Source: an archaeon
Lineage (GTDB): Archaea > Iainarchaeota > Iainarchaeia > Iainarchaeales > JANQMZ01
Direction of reading: 5' to 3'
Assembly: GCA_028279805.1 (NCBI GenBank)
Contig: JANQMZ010000001.1
Location: forward strand, 1 to 5,972
Length of the DNA: 5,972 nt
The translations under genes were made by a program, and so were the position numbers. Below, one piece after another: positions 1 to 5,972 of the stretch. Position 1 is the stretch's first letter, and each line of letters opens with the position of its first letter. Below the pieces are notes generated by a model that did no database searches, was not told where the DNA came from, and saw only the letters and a program-made list of their open reading frames with translations.

Positions 1-951
1 CGACTTCCCCACCACCGCGAAGAACTGTCCGACCAATGACCCCCGGACCAGCTAGAAGAACCCCTCGACCAAAAAAAGAACGTCAAAAAACTACGCGACG
101 ACCCCGTAAGTTTCCCCCAAAAATTCATACTTAATTTTTTCTTTCTGCTTGTTTTGCTTGCATATATAGTACTGTAATACAGTAATTAACGTAAAAAAAT
201 CACCTGTTACCCGCCTACCTATCGATTCTGTTACTGTATTACAGTACTGCTTTTTAGTGTGCGAGGTTTTCGAATGGGGTCCCTGGTCGGGGTGCAGCGC
301 TTCTTGTGGGTTAGGAAGTGAATATAGAACCAGAATTATTAAACCGGAAAGCTGTACAAATTTCATAAGTATCGGCGATACGAAATACTGCGAATTAAAA
401 GCTTGCCATACTGTAAGCTTTTTTTAAAAATTTCAAATATTTTTTTAAAAAATCTTTTTTCAGCCATCCATCAAATTTTCATCCAGAAGCGCTGTTTCAA
501 CCACCTCCACAGTTTTTTTAATAAAAATTCAGGCAGCTAATGAAAGAAAAATGTGAGTTTCAAAAATTTTTAAAAAATCTTAATAAAATTTTTAAGAATT
601 TTAAAAAATTTAGAGGGTTTGTGGAGAGAAATTTACTTTGGATCATAATCGGTGCCATTTCATCATGCTTGCTTTCGTGCGGCGCTTGCTGCGCTTATCT
701 ATGCAAAAAAGTTCTAGAAGCTATGCAACGGATTGCGATGTTAGGAGAATCACGTTTTGAAATGAATTCTGTATATATATATAAATTTTTAATTTTTAAA
801 ATATTTGAAAATTTTTTAAAAAAAGCTTACGCTATTTTTTTAGGTTAGCCAGGCCCCGTCCAGCCAGAGAAATGCTTCGGCAACATGGAGCGAACATTAT
901 TTTGATCCTTTATTAAACAGTACCAGTAACTCAAATTCTTCTATTGTTTAA
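1..951 (+). CDS. 3' part of a multi-exon gene for a single-pass membrane protein with a thrombospondin type-1 repeat; join(<1..105,258..412,464..552,614..770,844..951)
   Basis: Five open segments join in one frame across GT-AG introns 106-257, 413-463, 553-613 and 771-843. Spliced product: TSPPPRRTVRPMTPGPARRTPRPKKERQKTTRRPLCEVFEWGPWSGCSASCGLGSEYRTRIIKPESCTNFISIGDTKYCELKACHT-PSIKFSSRSAVSTTSTVFLIKIQAANERKIGFVERNLLWIIIGAISSCLLSCGACCAYLCKKVLEAMQRIAMLGESRFEMNS-VSQAPSSQRNASATWSEHYFDPLLNSTSNSNSSIV*. Stop TAA at 949-951. The 5' end lies outside the window. Confidence 0.75.
168..248. repeat. Perfect 18-bp inverted repeat with 45-nt loop, inside predicted intron 106-257
   Basis: AGTACTGTAATACAGTAA (168-185) and its exact reverse complement TTACTGTATTACAGTACT (231-248). 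Confidence 0.9.
258..412 (+). CDS. Exon encoding the thrombospondin type-1 (TSP1) repeat
   Basis: C-x(4)-WGPW-SGCSASCG-x-G-x(3)-RTR-x(5)-C-x(n)-YC-x(3)-AC has six cysteines, WxxW and CSxSCG, the hallmarks of TSP1 repeats. Acceptor tttttag at 251-257, donor gtaagc at 413. Confidence 0.8.
614..770 (+). CDS. Exon encoding the transmembrane helix and cysteine-rich juxtamembrane segment
   Basis: GFVERNLLWIIIGAISSCLLSCGACCAYLCKKVLEAMQRIAMLGESRFEMNS. Hydrophobic stretch followed by basic residues. Acceptor ..aatttag at 611-613, donor gtatat at 771. Confidence 0.65.
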
Positions 952-1008
952 TTAGTAACTAATAATTTGAGTAAAAAAACCAAAATATTAAAATAGAGGA
1001 AATGGAAA

Positions 1009-1026
1009 GGGGAGGGGGGGGGGGGG
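1009..1026 (+). repeat. G-tract (GGGG-A-G13)
   Basis: ggggaggggggggggggg read directly. It explains the PPPPPLPFPF tail of the 988-1374 minus-strand ORF. Confidence 0.85.
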
Positions 1027-1221
1027 AGAAAAAATAAAACATCTATATACGTAGCAGAGCCCGACAAAACTTTTTGCCAACTTACGCATCAGTACCAAAA
1101 CCCCCACCGAAAAAACAGAGAATCTCCCATCGAAATCATGCCGTATCTTCAAAGTAAAACGGCTTGTCCATCTCCCCAACACCCCATCCAAACAGACCGA
1201 ACTGCAACAGCGTTGCTTCTC

Positions 1222-1298
1222 TCGACACCAAACACCGACTGCGCTTGATTCCCCCCACGGTCGACACCAGACACCCACCGCGCTTGATCCCCAAAGAA
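1222..1298. repeat. Two-copy degenerate tandem repeat, about 39-nt unit
   Basis: tcgacaccaaacaccgactgcgcttgattccccccacgg (1222-1260) followed by tcgacaccagacacccaccgcgcttgatcccc (from 1261). On the minus strand this gives the repeated peptide SSAVGVWCR. Confidence 0.8.
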
Positions 1299-2228
1299 AT
1301 TCGAGCCCGAAGATCCGATCCTCGATATCCCGGCGAAGCATCGCAGAAAATAAAACATATAAAAAAATCTGCATAAATACTGTTTATAGAAAATGAAAAC
1401 TACCGTTCGCCCCACACTTTACTCTTTAAATGGACACAATTTCACCCCCCATTTTAACCCATAATACTGTACTACACTATCAGCTTAAACTTCAAATGGG
1501 AGCAATGAATTTTAACTCCCTTTTTCACCATTTTATACCTTCCACCGCCTACACAAACAGGTTTCAGAAAAATTTCGTCAGGTGACAACCAAAAAGAAAG
1601 TTAACTTTTACTTTAACTACCAAAAAGTTACTACGTTTCTTTGGCAAACAGCCAAATTTATCACTTTCTCTATGGTTAAGGAAAAAATCACTTCTCTCCG
1701 ACCACAACTTATGACTCACTTATCTAAAACCAGTTTGTGTGGGTGTTCCCACCCACGTGAAAATCAATAACACCAAAAATTATTTTTCATCAACGTGCGC
1801 ATAAAGACATCCTAGACAATGTCTGTGTTAAATGAAGCGCGGTATCTCATAACCACGCACAGAACGCACAAAAACAAAAATCCTATTCTACAAACCGTAA
1901 CATTTTAAATAATGAGAAGAGACGAAAATCATCAGTCTTATCCAAATCCAATATAAGAATAAAGTTGTCAAATTAACTGCACACATTATATTTTAACTAG
2001 CTAGCAAACATGGACATGAATAAGATTAAAAGATGGGGAAAAAACCACCCAGAGGTGTGCGTCGTGACCCCAACAAGTGACCCCCCACAAGATTTTTGAA
2101 AATTAATGAGATAATAAAGAAAATGGACAGTGACCCCACACAGATCCTGAGAACTCTAAAAATGTTAAAAATAAGGAAAATTCAGCATGAAATACCCAAA
2201 AATACATGAAAAAACTCCTTTTTCTATC

Positions 2229-2311
2229 AAAAAGTGCATATTTCTGGTGAAAAAGAGCATTTTTCCAGGAAAAGGGGCATTTTTATACGAAAAAAGACCA
2301 TTTTTTGTCTA
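2229..2311 (+). repeat. Four-copy degenerate tandem repeat, period 20-21 nt
   Basis: AAAAAGTGCATATTTCTGGTG / AAAAAGAGCATTTTTCCAGGA / AAAGGGGCATTTTTATACGA / AAAAAGACCATTTTTTGTCTA. Confidence 0.65.
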
Positions 2312-2505
2312 AAAAATTTTCTGGAGGAAAAGAGGGGTCACTCCAAACATTATTCTCAAACTGAATACGCATAAGACGGCCAATAAACGTTCATATTGTT
2401 ACCTAACCCTCAAAAGAAATCAACATTTTCGAAAATCGCAATGTTTTTCAAATTCTAAAAAATTTTAAAAAATATCCGGAGAATATGAAAAGTGAAGGAG
2501 ATTAA

Positions 2506-2931
2506 TTACCAATAAAGATCGTCGATAAATTCAATATGACACACCGCGAAGTAATCGAGCGCGGCCCTTTTCGCTCTCATCGCATCAATATCCAAGGGGT
2601 GTTTTTTCAAACGAAGCATGGCTTTTTTCCAGGTGAGGTATTCCGGACTGCCGCTGGTTCTAATAGCAGCAGCCCGAAAATTCCACCTCAATCTTTTCTC
2701 TGGTGAAAGACTCTAAGAAAAAATACCATTTTAAAAAGAATAAACCCCAAAAAACATTTCAAAGAAACTAAGAACAACAAAGACCCCCCAAAAAAAAGTT
2801 TTTTGGAAACACACTGATACCTTCCACTGCCTGTACAATTTCCTTCGAATTTTTGGAATCTTGGTTTTATCCGAAAGAAAAACATATCTGTAGGTCCCGG
2901 AGTACGCATAAAATCCATTCAGGTACGGCAT
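2506..2931 (-). CDS. Small HMG-box-like protein, 105 aa; complement(join(2506..2712,2821..2931))
   Basis: ATG at 2931-2929. Donor TGGAAG|gtatca (exon ends 2821) and acceptor ttttttcttag|AGT (exon starts 2712), both phase 0. Product MPYLNGFYAYSGTYRYVFLSDKTKIPKIRRKLYRQWKSLSPEKRLRWNFRAAAIRTSGSPEYLTWKKAMLRLKKHPLDIDAMRAKRAALDYFAVCHIEFIDDLYW*. It matches the HMG-box pattern P-x-N-G-F-x-x-(Y/F)-S-x-x-x-R ... W-K-x-L-S-x-E-x-x-x-x-(W/Y)-x-x-x-A, and the match spans the splice junction. Confidence 0.6.
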
Positions 2932-3078
2932 AATTCCGATGAAGCAAAAATAGAGATTTTTTTGAGAAAAATTACTGTTAAATTTTTTTGAAAACAGAAA
3001 AATATAAAAAAAGTTTTTCAAAATGGAAAGAAAAATTTCTATGGAAAGAATGACAAAAAATAAAAATATCTACCCTAC

Positions 3079-3147
3079 CTATATATATAGACCAACCAAA
3101 AATTCCGACCTCGAATTCCTATTGGTCCAATTTTCCTCCTAACCAAT
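3079..3147 (-). promoter_or_regulatory. Possible core promoter of the minus-strand HMG-like gene: TATA-like tract plus two CCAAT/ATTGG boxes
   Basis: ctatatatatag at 3079-3090, ATTGGT at 3121-3126 and ACCAAT at 3142-3147, all upstream of the minus-strand ATG at 2931. Confidence 0.22.
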
Positions 3148-3198
3148 ACATGTGTGTCCCAAAAAAACGTCAAATGACCCCAACATTTTTGCAAGATT

Positions 3199-3308
3199 TT
3201 GGCAATAAAACCCAAGCCGAAAAACCTGCCGAACCGAAGCCGAATTCCTCTGATAAGATAAATTCAGCTTCGGTTTTACAGGTTTTCGACTTGGGTGTTG
3301 TTGCCCAA
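3199..3308. repeat. Imperfect inverted repeat, about 48-nt arms (MITE-like or foldback)
   Basis: Left arm 3199-3246 TTGGCAATAAAACCCAAGCCGAAAAACCTGCCGAACCGAAGCCGAATT. The reverse complement of 3261-3308 is TTGGGCAACAACACCCAAGTCGAAAACCTGTAAAACCGAAGCTGAATT. About 80% match with two single-base gaps, loop about 14 nt. Confidence 0.8.
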
Positions 3309-3879
3309 TTTTTGTAAAAAAAAGCTCGACTTAGAACAAAAAACTAAAATAATTAATGACCCTCTCAAAAATAATCAGGTTTTTAAGAATCTCCGGTAAA
3401 TTAGACCAATTTTCCCACACCCAGATCGCACGGAAAGATTATCTGCAGCTCTTTATTTTTGCCTCTGGACCCGAAATTTTTTCACAAAAAGATACTGCAA
3501 AAAAAGTTTCAAAATGTTTCAAAAAGTATACGCGCGCACGTTCATCCCATTTAAAACTACATAAAAAAACATTTGGGGTTTAGACTATTCAAAATTAGCA
3601 TTTTTTAAAAATTTTAAAAAAAGAGCAAAGAAAGTTAAAAAACCTAAGCAATAATCAAAAAATAGACTCCGTAAAAAGGTTTAAAATTTTCTGTCCATAA
3701 ATAATGTCATCAACCAAAAAACGTACAAAAAATGTCAAAAAGAGTCAAAATTTTAACAAAAACATGAGCATTCTATCTCAAACAACAAAATAAACTCAAA
3801 GAAAAAGGAAAAAGAGTGGTGATAGAAAATCAGGGGGCAAACAGTTAAAGTAGCACCCCCTACCCCCCCCTCGCCCGGA

Positions 3880-3887
3880 TATAAAAG
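3880..3887 (+). promoter_or_regulatory. TATA-box-like TATAAAAG next to a C-rich tract
   Basis: caccccctacccccccctcgcccggaTATAAAAGtctctcgccc. No supported gene follows directly. Confidence 0.15.
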
Positions 3888-3983
3888 TCTCTCGCCCAAC
3901 AAAAAAATTCCACTGAGCCTTTTTTCACGACAACCATACATAAATGTAAACAGGTACGATAGATGCACAGCAAATAAAACACC

Positions 3984-4315
3984 CTAGAAAAAGCAGATAG
4001 GCTCAAACACGCGTGAATCTACGCGTGTTGAACTGTTTTTTAGTCATTATCCCAAGCAGTGACTGCCATTTTAGGGGGTTACTATGTCCTTGTGTCCCTA
4101 CGATCACGCACAGTCTACGAACGGGTTTCTCACCACTGGAATGGCGGGGTAGGGCCGGCCGTTGGTTTGGGTGGTCCCGCCGATGGAAAGCCCTACCACG
4201 CACCACGATCCAACTCCTCGATACACTCCTCGCACCCTCCTCGTCCTTCCGATGACTAAAATACAGCTCAACACGCACAGATGCACGCGTGTTCGAGCGT
4301 ACATACTTCCTCTAG
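3984..4315. mobile_element. MITE-like non-autonomous foldback element with long terminal inverted repeats
   Basis: Left arm 4001-4047 GCTCAAACACGCGTGAATCTACGCGTGTTGAACTGTTTTTTAGTCAT. The reverse complement of 4252-4298 is GCTCGAACACGCGTGCATCTGTGCGTGTTGAGCTGTATTTTAGTCAT, giving 41/47 ungapped identity. Weaker ungapped homology continues outward to CTAG at 3984 and 4315. The interior is GC-richer and has no transposase-like ORF. Confidence 0.75.
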
Positions 4316-4348
4316 CTTTTTTTAATTCACATAATTCGCATTTTATTC

Positions 4349-4394
4349 AGTACATGCATAATGCATAATGTACATCAAGTACATGCATAATGCA
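4349..4394 (+). repeat. 17-nt direct repeat AGTACATGCATAATGCA, two copies
   Basis: Exact copies at 4349-4365 and 4378-4394. Confidence 0.85.
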
Positions 4395-4959
4395 AAATTA
4401 AAATTACCATCCTTTTTTTGTTGCTTTTTTGCTTTTTTTGAACCAGACCTTAAAAAATATTCACGCTTACCAAAAAATACGCTACCAACTTTAAACATAT
4501 TAAAAATTGCTTAAAAAATAAATGAAAATAAAACTTAGCCTAATCTAGCCTCCGAGCGATCCCGACACTGCTAACCCTTCCACTGAAACCCCCAATTTCA
4601 GACCCAAGGACCCACGAGCTTCGGATCTTCGAATTTCGGATCTTCAGACTCGAATCTTCGGAAAAACTTCGGAAAATCAGCAACAACTAAAGCAAAAAAG
4701 AATAAAAACATCAAAAACAACATTTAAAAATAAAATTTTAGAACTAATAGAAGGCGCACAATTAACTACGACAAAGTGAAATACGAGAATAAAGATTCGA
4801 GACGACATACCCTCCAAAAAATGAAATCCCAAACCCCAAAATTCTTTTAAACCCCAAAAAATAAAAATAACTCTTCAGGACCCCTTTCATAAACAAACCG
4901 TTCTAAAAATCAACCAAAAATCAAATCTCGACATCCATTTAACTTACCCCAAAAAACCA

Positions 4960-5058
4960 CACCCCCATCCTCCGCGCGGTGATGATCACTCCATGGAGAA
5001 GCTTGTTCAACTCTTCGTCGTTTCCGAATTAAAATCGATTCTTCGGATCATTCTTCGA
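4960..5058 (-). pseudogene. Degraded histone H2A fragment
   Basis: Minus-strand AAC GAC GAA GAG TTG AAC AAG CTT CTC (5022-4996) encodes NDEELNKLL, identical to the conserved H2A segment (IR)NDEELNKLL. It is preceded by ATT CGG (IR) with one extra A, then AGA ATG ATC CGA AGA (RMIRR against RIIPR). It is followed by a diverged ..GV.I.. with a retained GGAGGA. An in-frame TAA and the frameshift indicate a pseudogene. Confidence 0.65.
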
Positions 5059-5106
5059 ACGATTCCAAAAAGAAACTAAAAAAAGAAAAACATTAGGCTA
5101 AAAAAT

Positions 5107-5161
5107 CTTTGTCAAATTTTGGTCACTTTTCTTTCCCCAAAAAAACCAAAATTTGACAAAG
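5107..5161. repeat. Perfect 17-bp inverted repeat, 21-nt loop
   Basis: CTTTGTCAAATTTTGGT (5107-5123) and ACCAAAATTTGACAAAG (5145-5161). Confidence 0.9.
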
Positions 5162-5188
5162 ACCCAAAAAACTAATAATAAAATAAAC

Positions 5189-5273
5189 AAAACACATAAA
5201 ATTTAACTTAAAATATTTTTATAATAATAATTAAAAAGTTTTCTTAAAGTTTTAGTCAAATTTTATGTGTTTT
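5189..5273. repeat. Perfect 16-bp inverted repeat, 53-nt loop
   Basis: AAAACACATAAAATTT (5189-5204) and AAATTTTATGTGTTTT (5258-5273). Imperfect pairing continues inward. Confidence 0.88.
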
Positions 5274-5615
5274 GACCCTATCCTATGGGACCTACTCAAG
5301 AAAAAAGTCTACCCCCAACCGCAATTCCGAACATCGTACCAAAATTTGTTGAAACACCCCAACGAGAAATATTTAACGACGCCATATTGGAAAACTATAC
5401 GTAGCAGCGGATACAGAGTGTATAGGTTTTGTAGCTCTTTTCGCGGGGAGCGTTGATGATGTTTTTGTGCTCCTTAAGTATGAAAAAAGTGGTGGAGCTT
5501 GCGCAGAAACACCAAGGCTACTACTTAAACTGCCTACCACAGTGAGAAAACAACTATGGAATTAAATTTCAAAGCTTTCACAAAATAAATACCAGTTTTC
5601 TGTGAATTAAAAATA

Positions 5616-5972
5616 ATGCTGAATATCTATTCTGCAAAGCTTTTGAAGTTCTTACAAGAAAGTAATGAAACCCTAAAAGCTGGCATGTTTACATTTGCCC
5701 CATATGTAATGGAATGTTGGGAAAATACAGAATATGAATGCGATAGCCCAGGTCTTTCTGTTGAACTTTTGAATGAACTTTGCAATTTCCTCTCCATCAA
5801 GTGTCAACTTGTGGCAGTTAACCATAGCATGTTTGGTGACAATCTGTCAGGACAGTGGAGAGGCATCATGAGACAGGTAAATAAACAAAAACTAAAAATT
5901 TATCTTGCCAATATGGTGAAGCAACACAAAATTTTCAGGTTATAGTCCAAGAGTTCAACATATCGGTGCCCA
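5616..5972 (+). CDS. 5' part of an ionotropic glutamate receptor-like protein (ligand-binding domain S1); join(5616..5876,5939..>5972); the true start may be upstream or downstream
   Basis: ..NETLKAGMFTFAPYVMECWENTEYECDSPGLSVELLNELCNFLSIKCQLVAVNHSMFGDNLSGQWRGIMRQ|VIVQEFNISVP. Features include PYVM, PGLSVELLNEL and G-x-W-x-G-(I/M)-M, characteristic of the iGluR amino-terminal ligand-binding lobe. Intron 5877-5938 runs gtaaat...attttcag, phase 0. Confidence 0.65.

Noticed and set aside
91-366. Minus-strand 91-aa ORF
   Set aside because: It lies antisense to the well-supported TSP1 exon and its intron. The hydrophobic start MKFVQLSGLIILVLYSL is complementary to coding DNA, and no domain is recognised.
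540-848. Plus-strand 102-aa ORF as a single gene
   Set aside because: The frame is right but it reads through two introns (553-613 and 771-843), giving Lys/Asn/Phe-rich filler. It is replaced by the spliced model.
988-1415. Overlapping minus-strand ORFs of 128 and 88 aa
   Set aside because: The C-terminal PPPPPLPFPFPLF is a translated G-tract and the repeated SSAVGVWCR is a tandem DNA repeat. Two frames are equally open and no family or splice support was found.
1534-1560. Minus-strand GGTATAAAATGG as a promoter
   Set aside because: A lone TATA-like string in AT-rich DNA with no supported gene downstream.
1582-1770. Plus-strand 62-aa ORF
   Set aside because: Low-complexity composition, no domain, and no convincing splice context.
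3356-3583. Plus-strand 75-aa ORF
   Set aside because: Lys/Phe-rich with no recognised motif. A second frame over the same interval is also open, so there is no coding evidence.
3753-3968. Minus-strand 71-aa ORF
   Set aside because: It overlaps a C-rich tract and poly-A/T sequence; composition is noise-like (FFFEFILLFEIECSCFC).
4003-4368. Five overlapping ORFs on both strands
   Set aside because: They cover the GC-richer foldback element in several frames at once and resemble no transposase, so they are explained by base composition.
5265-5456. Plus-strand 63-aa ORF MCFDPILWDLLKKK...
   Set aside because: It starts inside an inverted-repeat arm and has no recognisable domain or splice support.
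1-5972. Bacterial defence system, CRISPR array or phage module
   Set aside because: No direct-repeat/spacer array, operon layout or ribosome binding sites were seen. The coding signal is in short exons with spliceosomal-type introns.

Overview
The window reads as AT-rich eukaryotic DNA, probably from a nematode. The support is short 51-152 nt introns with GTAAGTTT/GTGAGTTT-type donors and TTTTCAG/TTTAG acceptors. It does not look prokaryotic, and no CRISPR, tRNA or rRNA was recognised. The ORF track hides the real genes because their coding exons are short. By joining splice-compatible open segments I rebuilt three gene models. (1) A plus-strand gene 3' end (exons <1-105, 258-412, 464-552, 614-770, 844-951) encodes a Pro/Arg-rich linker, one six-cysteine thrombospondin type-1 repeat, a transmembrane helix and a short tail ending in SSIV. 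(2) A minus-strand two-exon gene (complement 2821-2931 and 2506-2712) encodes a 105-aa protein resembling an HMG box. (3) A plus-strand gene 5' part (from about 5616 to 5876, intron 5877-5938, exon from 5939) encodes the start of an ionotropic glutamate receptor-like ligand-binding domain containing 'PYVM'. A degraded histone H2A fragment (NDEELNKLL) lies on the minus strand near 5.0 kb. Several inverted-repeat structures are present, the clearest being a MITE-like foldback element at about 3984-4315 with 47-nt arms at 41/47 identity. Other inverted repeats lie at 168-248 (inside an intron), 3199-3308, 5107-5161 and 5189-5273. Nothing supports a prokaryote-type defence system. All splice models are inferred from sequence alone.
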